Shown here piece by piece: positions 11,471 to 20,000 of a DNA stretch of 20,000 bases. The first letter of the stretch is position 1. The number at the start of each line of letters is the position of its first letter. A program made the position numbers and the translations under genes. Source of the stretch: Cladosporium halotolerans (Eukaryota). The stretch covers positions 418,705-438,704 of the forward strand of contig NW_027191471.1 of assembly GCF_011745625.1 (NCBI RefSeq). Reading direction: 5' to 3'. The notes below the pieces were generated by a model, which searched no databases, was not told where the DNA came from, and saw nothing but the letters and a program-made list of their open reading frames with translations.

Positions 11471-12199
11471 ATGCTCGATACCTTCTACCAAGTTGTCACG
11501 ATTCCCAAGCTCCTCGACATTTCGGCGGAACACAGCCATTTGGTAGCTTTAGCAATCAAAAGCCGGGAGTTCAGACTGTTCGCCTTGAAGGAATCACCTG
11601 GTGCCTTCGCCTCTAGCTACGAGGATGAGGCCCAGCGTGGTCTTGATCACACGATTGAGCGATTGACAAACGACAAGGCCACAGCATTTGTTGCGATCTC
11701 AACAGATCATGGGATGGAATGCGATGCAGTCCATGAGGCAGACGTTGATACTTTTGTGGAGAGCGAATGGCTCGGCTTCATCGTCCTGTTGGGTCCTCAA
11801 ACCTCAAGCAACACCTCTGCAAAGGCCGATCCGTTCAACTCGTTGACCGCTGCTGGCGTAACGAGGGAGAATAATAGGGAGATGGGATATGTGCATTTTC
11901 ATCTCAATGGGATGTTCGTTCACCCGTCTGCTAGGCGACTTGGGTTAGGTATGCGTCTGATCAAGGCAGCGCTGGAGAAAGCCAGAATCATAGCCGCTCG
12001 TTCTGAAAACGGCATACATTGCACCATCATCGTCGATGAATGGAACCAAAGCGCAAAAAAGTTGTATGAGCGTTGCGGATTTCATGTCGCGTGTAAGGAA
12101 ACGTATGGCAAAGATCGTATTGCCTTGAGGATGGAGTTGAGACAGCCAGCTCAGGGAGAGAAAGGCGGATGCGAGGGAGCTAAGATCATCGGTGCCTGA
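11471..12199 (+). CDS. GNAT family N-acetyltransferase, 242 aa, intronless
   Basis: Acetyl-CoA-binding motif A HLNGMFVHPSARRLGLGMRLI, motif B NQSAKKLYERCGF, and N-terminal FRLFALKESPGAFASSYEDE. Confidence 0.88.
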   Translation: MLDTFYQVVTIPKLLDISAEHSHLVALAIKSREFRLFALKESPGAFASSYEDEAQRGLDHTIERLTNDKATAFVAISTDHGMECDAVHEADVDTFVESEWLGFIVLLGPQTSSNTSAKADPFNSLTAAGVTRENNREMGYVHFHLNGMFVHPSARRLGLGMRLIKAALEKARIIAARSENGIHCTIIVDEWNQSAKKLYERCGFHVACKETYGKDRIALRMELRQPAQGEKGGCEGAKIIGA

Positions 12200-12530
12200 C
12201 ACAGCGGTTCACGAGGCGAGGAATCGTTATGTGCATCATTTTCGGCATGGCAGTTCACTAAGATCATGCGTCCAGGTCTCATGGCGGCTGGTAGTCGCCT
12301 CCCAAACTTGATGCCTGAAATCTGGCTGCCCCGGGTTTCAGGCAAACTTCCGCCACCGCCATCCATAACCGGAATAGCGTATCCGAACACTTGGCGCCCC
12401 ACGCCGCCTCAGAAATCTCTCTTTGCTGGTATACCGACGACGAGGCCTCTCTCTTCCGCCACCACCAACTAACGCCAAGCCGTACCAATAACTACCCGCA
12501 GGGAATTATTGGAAGACCAACACCGCCATC

Positions 12531-13252
12531 ATGTCGAAGATCACGGTCGCTGGCGTGCGTCAGAACGTGCAGGAGCTGCTCAAGTACAGCAATGAGGAGA
12601 AGAAGCGCAACTTCCTCGAGACCGTCGAGCTCCAGATCGGCCTCAAGAACTACGACCCGCAGCGTGACAAGCGTTTCTCCGGCACCGTCAAGCTCCCCAA
12701 GGTCCCCCGCCCGAACATGGCCATCTGCATTCTCGGAGACCAGCACGACATCGACCGTGCGAAGCACGGTGGTGTTGACGCCATGTCCGCTGAGGACCTG
12801 AAGAAGCTCAACAAGAACAAGAAGCTCATCAAGAAGCTGGCGCGCAAGTACGACGCTTTCGTCGCCTCCGACTCCCTCATCAAGCAGATCCCCCGTCTCT
12901 TGGGTCCGGGTCTCTCCAAGGGTAAGCGCACACCGCCAGAATGGAAAGACAAACACTCAGCAGAACAAACCCACTGACACTCCCTCTAGCCGGCAAGTTC
13001 CCCACCCCGGTCTCCCACAACGAGGATCTGTCCGCCAAGATCACCGAGGTCAAGTCCACCATCAAGTTCCAGCTCAAGAAGGTTCTGTGCATGGGTGTCG
13101 CCGTCGGCAACGTCGACATGACCGACGAGGAGCTCGTCGGCAACGTCATGCTGTCCATCAACTACCTCGTCTCCCTGCTCAAGAAGGGCTGGCAGAACGT
13201 CGGCTCCCTCACCCTCAAGGCCTCCATGAGCCCGCCCCGCCGTCTGTACTAG
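12531..13252 (+). CDS. rpl1: 60S ribosomal protein uL1 (L1/L10a), 217 aa
   Basis: Exons 12531-12921 and 12990-13252; intron GTAAGC..ACTGAC..TAG. Motifs [44 protein letters not shown] and [11 protein letters not shown]; strong C/G-ending codon bias. Confidence 0.99.
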
Positions 13253-13562
13253 ACGCTTCGACGGTTTATGAGTGAGGAAGCCACGCGCGGATACCCCCGA
13301 ATTTTTTTGGGCTTGGGATGGGTCTAGCTAGAGTACTGCACTTTCTCGCCTTGATTGGCTGAGGAAGGAGGAAATTGAGCTGCACGTTCTTCTCCCAATC
13401 TCTTGCATTCATTGTGAGGTGTGAAAATGCCGTGTGATGATGCGTGACATGTCACGTTTCTCATATGTGACTGGACATGCGACTCGCTGAGAACCATGTA
13501 AAGATGACGTGAACTACAATTGCGTATATCGATATGCTACATGAAGTAGAATCATGTCATCA

Positions 13563-15716
13563 TCACTCCCCAAACACACTCCTAAACGTCCCCTCATCCG
13601 CCCTCTGCCCCTCCAACGCCTCATTCTTCTCCGCATCAACCTGCTGTCGCTCTTCCCTCGGCTCAACAACCTGCTCACCACCATCGCCATCCCCTCCCTC
13701 CGTGCCCCCGCTCGCAAACTTCGGCAGACTGAAATTCGCATGCATCATCATGCGATCCAACGCAGCCTTACTGACCAAATCCCCACTGCCGCCCGCCGCC
13801 TCGCCTCCCCCGGCAGACTCATTCGCAGGATCCACGCCCGTGCTCGCAGGCGGCTTGACGCCGAAGCGCTTGCAGAGCAGCCGCGTCGGGTAGAAGAGGT
13901 GCCTCGAGCGCGTCAGCGGGCCGTACATGCCTGCTTTGGCAGCCTCTTCGGCGGGCTCGAGAGTCTTTGCCTGCGGCTCCGCGGGCGCGTCGGGGGCGTC
14001 GGTCGCGAGCTTTGGTTTTGCTGACGAGGAGGTGAAGCGCGTGGCCATGAGGCCGGAGATGGGCTTGAAGACTTGCGCGGCCTGCGCGAACTCGCGCAGC
14101 TCTTTGGCCCAGTCTTCTGCGGACCAGGAGGCGGGGCGCGGGGACAGGCTGGAGGAGAGGCCCGCGCGGAGGGTCAGGAAGGCGGTGTAGCGGGTGCGTT
14201 TGTCGGGATCTTCGCCGTACGGCATCCAGCCGCTGTGGCCGCGGTGGAGGGCTGCGGAGGCGGTTGCCGGGTCGAGGGCGGGGATGAGGTCCCAGAGGCT
14301 GCGGGTGGTGGCTGTGGTGTTGCTGGATTCGAAGCCGGCTGGGGCGCCTTCGCCGCGCGCTTGGGGTAGGTCTGAGCGGCCGCTGGCGGAGGCGAGTTTG
14401 TCTCGTGCTGCTGGTTTGATGAAGTCGAAGATGGATTTTCCGGGGAGAGGGGCTTCGCCTAGGAGGGCGGAGCGAGCTTTGGGGTCGAGAGAGGACGCTT
14501 TCGCGGCGTCTGAGGTGGACTGGAAAGTACTGGGTTGTACATCGAACTTGGTGACTCGCTTCGGCTTCCAGCCTGGTGGGACTGTCGGTGGTGGAAAACG
14601 ATTTTCGACGTGGATGAGCAGCGGCTTAGTAGACAGGATGAATCCGTCTAAGGGCAGGCGACCGTCGTGACATCTTCGGAAGCCTTCTAATGTACTTCCT
14701 GGTCGCTGAGCTGTCAGGCGAGATGATGTGAAGGTTGGTCGCTGAGTAGAAGTGCTTGCGACGAGACCGCCCCTGCGCTTCTTCTTGTCCCCTCCGATGA
14801 TCTTGCTGTAATTGATTGCCGGGCCAATCGCATACGGGTCTTCGTCGTCAGAGCCAGTGTCGTTCAGAACACCCACACCGAAAGAAGACTTCTTCGGCTT
14901 CTTTGGTTTGGCCAGTAGTTTGGAGCGGTTCGCAGAAAGTATTCGCGCATCGGCATCACTGTCATCGTCGTCGCTCGCTTGTCGGCCTCCAAGACCGTCA
15001 AGGCTCCCTTCTCCAGCGAAACCAAGGCCTTTCTTGTCCGTCTTCTTCCTAAACGCAATCATGCGCGTATTCTCAGGCGCGAAGAGATGTGTTTCGCCTG
15101 TCTTGTCGCCTTGCGCCCTCCTTCTCACTCGCGCTCCCACGCCTTGTCCCTGTCGCCAGCCCATACGCTGCAGCAGCTTGATGCCCATAGTGTCGCCCGT
15201 TGTCTTGAACAAGTCAGAGAACATGCCTTTTGCGCCTCCATCTCCTGACTTCGAGCCTAGACCGGCGAAGCTGCCTTGCGTCTCCAATTGCTGAGCCTCT
15301 GCTCTTTCAGCAAGATCTTCCTCATCCATGAAATCTTCTGGACGGGCTTGCTGGCGCTGCTTTCCATCCTGCTGGCTTTGGTTGCGATCTTTCCTTGAAG
15401 AGACGAATGTCGACGGTGTCCAACCTTCCTTGGATCCTACCGAATTGAAATAGCTGGAATGAAAGTCAGCAATGGCCGAGTGAAAGATGTGCAGGACATT
15501 GGGTGCTTACCCTGCGCTAAAACCTCCCGTGAATGCGCCATGCAACCTCTTCCTCCCGCGCTCGTCGGTCACTTCTTGCTTCCATACTGGCACATAGCTG
15601 CCATCGTCTCTTGCCTCGGGATCGTAGGCCGGCAAGGGCGTTCCATACAACGCGAACGGGGCGTGTTTAGGCGGACCGTCGGATTCGAATGCGGCTCTGG
15701 AGCGCTTGGAGGACAT
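13563..15716 (-). CDS. G-patch domain protein with N-terminal DUF1604 (GPATCH1-like), ~698 aa
   Basis: Exons 15716-15511 and 15453-13563; 57-nt intron GTAAGC..GCTGAC..CAG. Spliced N-terminus has [36 protein letters not shown] and [11 protein letters not shown]-patch [18 protein letters not shown]; later [13 protein letters not shown]. Confidence 0.93.
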
Positions 15717-16185
15717 GTCTTAGTGTCTGCGGCGGACTGACAGCGTTTTGCTTGAGATGGCCTGCTTGGGGGAGGAAGGGAAAGGGCAGGGCGAGCTTAC
15801 CTAGCTCCAGAGTATTGGGGGTATTCACATAGCAGAGATCACGTGTAACTTAGCAGAAATCAATCATTCCCATGCGAATCATGCACTTGTTGGTGCAGTG
15901 TGTGGTCGTCGCGACGGGACGTGGAAAGTGAGCTTGTGGTGATCGCAGGCCTACTGTAAGGTTTCTGCGACTCCACGCGGGTCCAGCGAGGCGTGACGAA
16001 CGGGCAGCCTCAGGCGCGGCTTGAAGCGAGCGTTTCGACGCGGGCCGCGCAACCGCGCCAGCGCCAGCGCCAACGGCCCTTTAACGACCCCTGTGGCCAG
16101 TGCGCACGAGATCGGGGGGCGGGATGATGGAGCGGGCGAGCCCAGGAGTCGGCGGCGTCGTGGCCTGCGTGCGACTGACTGCTGC

Positions 16186-16203
16186 GTGTGTGTGCGTGTG
16201 TGT
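16186..16203. repeat. Imperfect (GT)n microsatellite in the G-patch/KIN1 divergent intergenic region
   Basis: GTGTGTGTGCGTGTGTGT. Confidence 0.7.
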
Positions 16204-16728
16204 TGTGCCGTTTGGCTGCGTCGTCCGTCTCCCTGCTGCGAAACACCGCGTCCATCCTCCGCAGGCACGATAGCCAGCTGCTTTATCTGCCTCACAGCAC
16301 CTCACTAGCGCTCGCCCACCCCGCCGGCCACCGCCAGTCCAGCGCCCAGCAGCCTCGCAGCCTCCCGCAGCACAGCCATACGCGTGCAACGGGCCCCCGT
16401 GCCCTCCTCCACCGCGACCCACGAGCCACCGCCGCGCCCTCTCCACCCACCTGCCGACTGCTGCACCGCCGCCCGTCTGCTTATACACACACACCACCGG
16501 CCACCACCGCCCGCACGAGCCTCCGCCGCATCACTTGCCGACCCCACCGTCTGCCCATGCTTGTCGACGCGACGCCGTGCCTTTAGCCAGAGAGGAGGCG
16601 GAGCGCCTGCGCCGTCACGCCGAACCTCGACACGCCATCCTCAATCTCCCTTCCACGCCAACTATCGGCGAGCGTGCCCGCCCGCGCTACGCCATCCTGT
16701 CGACATTTGAGCTCGTCCCCTCCGCGCA

Positions 16729-19700
16729 ATGTCCGCTGCTGCGCAGCCATCAGCGCTCCCTCGCGCACCCTCCACCCGCCGCCAGCAGCCTACTGCTTAC
16801 GCAGCCCCGACCGACCGAGACCGTCCGCACCGCACCCAGAGCACGTCCTCGCGCTCGGCCGCGCCTAGCTCGCCGCGCCGCACCATGTCGACCTCACAGG
16901 CGCAGAATGCGTCTTCTCAAAGCCACTCTCGCAGTGCTTCCAACCATCTCCAGGCAGTCGCTCGTCACGATGTAGAGCAGACAAACGTGGCCCGCCCGCC
17001 CAGCTCACGACACAGCGAATCGAGGGACAGACCAATTGCAGCACAGTCAGTTGCTTCAAATGAACCTTCAAGAGCTCAGGCGAGCCAGAGCCGAGGGCAC
17101 TCACGGTATAACACGGAGCAGCCGCAACCTGCCCCTTCGACTACCAACGGCAGTTCGACCCACGATAGCAGATCTGCGAACACCCAGAATATGAGGAGGA
17201 GAACGACAATAGACACCCAGACGGGCCACTGGGAGCTTGGCAAGACGATTGGAGCTGGCAGCATGGGAAAGGTGAAACTTGCTAGGAACAAGGAGACCGG
17301 AGAACAAGTTGCCGTCAAGATTGTGCCTCGCGGGTCGACCGATGGGGAGCACCGTACGGCTGCCGAGCGCGAACGGGCAGATCACAGCAAGGAAGTCCGC
17401 ACAGCGAGAGAGGCTGCCATTGTGACCCTTGCCGACCATCCCTACATCTGTGGCATGCGCGACGTCGTGCGAACGAATTACCACTGGTACATGCTGTTCG
17501 AATATGTCAACGGTGGTCAGATGCTGGACTACATTATCAGCCACGGCCGGCTCAAGGAAAAGCAAGCCCGGAAATTCGGCCGCCAGATCGCCAGCGCTTT
17601 GGACTACTGTCACCGCAATAGCATTGTGCATCGAGACCTGAAGATCGAGAACATACTCATTAGTAAGACTGGTGATATCAAGATCATCGACTTTGGACTT
17701 TCGAACTTGTTTAGCCCGCGAAACCTCCTCAAGACGTTCTGCGGCAGTCTCTACTTTGCAGCCCCAGAACTCTTGCAGGCGAAGCAATATACTGGCCCGG
17801 AGGTTGACGTGTGGAGCTTTGGCATTGTGCTCTACGTTCTTGTCTGCGGCAAAGTACCTTTTGACGATCAGAGCATGCCTCAGCTGCACGCCAAAATTAA
17901 GAAGGGACACGTCGAGTATCCGCCTTGGCTTACACCAGAATGCAGGAACTTGATTTCCAGAATGCTCAACACGGATCCCAGCCAGCGTGCGACATTGGCG
18001 GAGATCATGACCCACCCATGGATGACCAAAGGATTCAGCGGAGCTCCGGATAATTATCTTCCTCAGCGAAAGCCTCTGCAGTTACCTTTGGACGCTGGTG
18101 TTATTGACAAGATGACTGGCTTCGACTTTGGATCAGCAGATGTCATCACAGCTCAGCTGACGAAGGTACTGGAGTCTGAAGATTATCAGCGAGCGATCAG
18201 GAGCGCAGAGAGGAGAAATGCGCAGCAAACCCCTGAGGTCGAGAAGAAGCGCGGCGTATTTGACTTCTACAAGCGCAGGAACTCCACCACCAGCAGGGAC
18301 ACTCTGAACACACCATCGACCGAGGCTGTGCAGTTGGGTCACGACCCCGTGAATGCTTTCCATCCTTTGATCTCTGTCTACTATCTTGCTATGGAGAAGC
18401 AGGAGCGCGAGGCTCGGGAGAAGAATCCCGGTGCTTTGGAAATGCCGCGGACTCCTGGCGAGCAGCTGGTGCAAGTGCCAGATTTGCCGGAGATACCACA
18501 AGCCGCGTACACCAACTCGCACGCGCACGAGATGGCTGGCGAGAAGCCCACGGGTGGCCGGTCTCGTCCACGAGCTAGGACCCATGGCGAAGATGAGGTC
18601 ACGGAGGGTATGAAGAACGTGAACATCAACACAGCTCCTTCTCCTACAACCCAGCCTGTCGTTGAGCCACCGAGCGGACATCATGTCGCTCCCCACATGA
18701 GGAAAGAGAGCGCAGCAGCTGGTCTTCTGCGAAGATTCAGCACAAGAAGGCACAAAGACACAAGTGACCGCAATCACCCGCCGCCTTCTTTGGCAGTTCA
18801 TGGCCCAAGCGACGCACCTAAGAAGAGTTTCTCCGTACGCCGAACTAGAGATTCGAGTGCTACGGGTCTACGGCCTGGCTCTGCGCAGTCGCGGCAAGGG
18901 GAGATGCTCACACCTCCACAAGACGCTGCTCAGGAGCAAAGGAATAAGCGTACTGGTGGACTTGGTCGGAGCGTTAGTGTCAACTCCAGCGACCTCAGGA
19001 AACGCCTCACTAGGCGTGGTGTTTCTGAGGGCTCGTCGATGCGACCACAAATGTCAACCTCTAACAGCCACGATCACCGACCGTCGATGGATCAATCTCG
19101 CAGTGACCATGCTGCGTCAGACGCTGAAGCTGTGACTGGAGCTACGGGAGGCCTAGCTTCTCGGACCAGATCATTGAATCAAGGACGAAGACAGAGCATG
19201 CAAACCCGCCGCGCAGCCCGTCATGACCACACTCGCACTTCAGACGTGCCCGAAGAAGACGAAGCCGACGTACGGAATGAGTTCAATGCTGGCCCTGGAA
19301 GTCCACCCGAAGCAAAACCTGTCTTCCTCAAAGGCCTCTTCTCCGTCTCTACGACCTCGAGCCGACCGCTGAAGGTCATCCGGGCAGACATAGTCCGCGT
19401 CCTCAGCCAGCTCGGCGTCGAATACAGAGAAATCAAGGGCGGCTTCGACTGCCGTCACGCACCCAGCATCGAAGTCAACACAAAGCCCACCGACGACCCC
19501 ATCACATCCCCCGGCGCACCCTTCAGCCCGCCAACGGACTACAATCAGCATAAACGCAAAATCTCCTTCGGCGGCTTCCGCCGCGACAACTCGCGCGACG
19601 ACGTCCAGCGCTCCTCCCACAGCACTCCCCGCGCCGCCAACAAACCCCCTGGCTCCAGCCGCGGCGTCGACAACAGCTACACCAACTCCGAGGACTCGGA

Positions 19701-19944
19701 GGAGGAGCCCTCGGCACTGCAGCAGCAGCACGCGGCCAGCGCGTCGCGCAAGCCCCGCGCCGCCGGCGAGACCAGCACGCACGTGCAGAGCGACATGGGC
19801 GAGAGCATGGCGCTGCGCTTCGAGATCTTCATCGTCAAGGTACCGCTGCTCAGCCTGCACGGCATCCAGTTCAAGAAGGTCGACGGCGGCACCTGGCAGT
19901 ACAAGAACATGGCGCAGACGATCCTGAACGAGCTGAATTTGTGA
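16729..19944 (+). CDS. kin1: KIN1/PAR-1/MARK family Ser/Thr kinase, 1071 aa
   Basis: Single ORF with GKTIGAGSMGKVK, VAVK, HRDLKIEN, DFG and TFCGSLYFAAPE, plus PVFLKGLFSVSTTS and a C-terminal KA1 domain (FEIFIVKVPLLSLHGIQFKKVDGGTWQYKNMAQTILNELNL). An in-frame stop at 16708 supports this ATG. Confidence 0.98.
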   Translation: MSAAAQPSALPRAPSTRRQQPTAYAAPTDRDRPHRTQSTSSRSAAPSSPRRTMSTSQAQNASSQSHSRSASNHLQAVARHDVEQTNVARPPSSRHSESRDRPIAAQSVASNEPSRAQASQSRGHSRYNTEQPQPAPSTTNGSSTHDSRSANTQNMRRRTTIDTQTGHWELGKTIGAGSMGKVKLARNKETGEQVAVKIVPRGSTDGEHRTAAERERADHSKEVRTAREAAIVTLADHPYICGMRDVVRTNYHWYMLFEYVNGGQMLDYIISHGRLKEKQARKFGRQIASALDYCHRNSIVHRDLKIENILISKTGDIKIIDFGLSNLFSPRNLLKTFCGSLYFAAPELLQAKQYTGPEVDVWSFGIVLYVLVCGKVPFDDQSMPQLHAKIKKGHVEYPPWLTPECRNLISRMLNTDPSQRATLAEIMTHPWMTKGFSGAPDNYLPQRKPLQLPLDAGVIDKMTGFDFGSADVITAQLTKVLESEDYQRAIRSAERRNAQQTPEVEKKRGVFDFYKRRNSTTSRDTLNTPSTEAVQLGHDPVNAFHPLISVYYLAMEKQEREAREKNPGALEMPRTPGEQLVQVPDLPEIPQAAYTNSHAHEMAGEKPTGGRSRPRARTHGEDEVTEGMKNVNINTAPSPTTQPVVEPPSGHHVAPHMRKESAAAGLLRRFSTRRHKDTSDRNHPPPSLAVHGPSDAPKKSFSVRRTRDSSATGLRPGSAQSRQGEMLTPPQDAAQEQRNKRTGGLGRSVSVNSSDLRKRLTRRGVSEGSSMRPQMSTSNSHDHRPSMDQSRSDHAASDAEAVTGATGGLASRTRSLNQGRRQSMQTRRAARHDHTRTSDVPEEDEADVRNEFNAGPGSPPEAKPVFLKGLFSVSTTSSRPLKVIRADIVRVLSQLGVEYREIKGGFDCRHAPSIEVNTKPTDDPITSPGAPFSPPTDYNQHKRKISFGGFRRDNSRDDVQRSSHSTPRAANKPPGSSRGVDNSYTNSEDSEEEPSALQQQHAASASRKPRAAGETSTHVQSDMGESMALRFEIFIVKVPLLSLHGIQFKKVDGGTWQYKNMAQTILNELNL

Positions 19945-19962
19945 GCGAGTCTTTTGCTTTTG

Positions 19963-19963
<1 letters not shown>

Positions 19964-19993
<30 letters not shown>
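19964..19993 (+). repeat. Poly(T) tract of 30 nt just after the KIN1 stop
   Basis: CTTTTG CTTTTG C followed by 30 T, starting 20 nt after the TGA. Confidence 0.95.
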
Positions 19994-19997
<4 letters not shown>

Positions 19998-20000
19998 CGT

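Noticed and set aside
12492..13161. Long antisense ORFs over RPL1 (similar ones over ARF1, KIN1, G-patch and CorA-like genes)
   Set aside because: Expected shadows of C/G-ending codon bias, with no recognisable domains.
13434..13490. GTGATGA...CTGA as a possible C/D snoRNA, containing the 14-bp palindrome CGTGACATGTCACG (13443-13456)
   Set aside because: Only 57 nt, with no terminal stem and no rRNA-complementary guide I could recognise. It lies between convergent 3' ends and may be chance; snoscan would settle it.
15951..16728. Many overlapping ORFs of 60-150 aa between G-patch and KIN1
   Set aside because: GC-rich promoter/leader sequence with few stops; the translations are low-complexity.

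Overview
A gene-dense stretch of a filamentous ascomycete genome, inferred from short GT-AG introns with CTRAC/CTAAC-type branch sites and Pezizomycotina-type proteins. It holds ten protein genes, in order: 5' end of beta-tubulin (-), an uncharacterised mitochondrial membrane protein (+), CNOT9/Rcd1/Caf40 (+), a DHA2-type MFS transporter (+), ARF1 (+), a CorA-like membrane protein (-), a GNAT acetyltransferase (+), ribosomal protein uL1 (+), a G-patch/DUF1604 protein (-) and an intronless KIN1/MARK kinase (+). I saw no tRNA, rRNA, transposase or CRISPR array. This is mostly housekeeping sequence and I cannot support a new multi-gene system. The best leads are non-coding. ARF1 has three hand-folded RNA structures: a 5'UTR intron holding all seven leader ATGs, a hairpin filling coding intron 1, and a nested 3'UTR fold closed at the stop codon. 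Others are a structured element downstream of CNOT9, a stop-free in-frame intron in the CorA-like gene, an apparent one-base frameshift at the G-patch C-terminus, uORFs before CNOT9 and KIN1, and a 15-bp repeat upstream of the MFS gene. All base pairings were read by eye, not computed.
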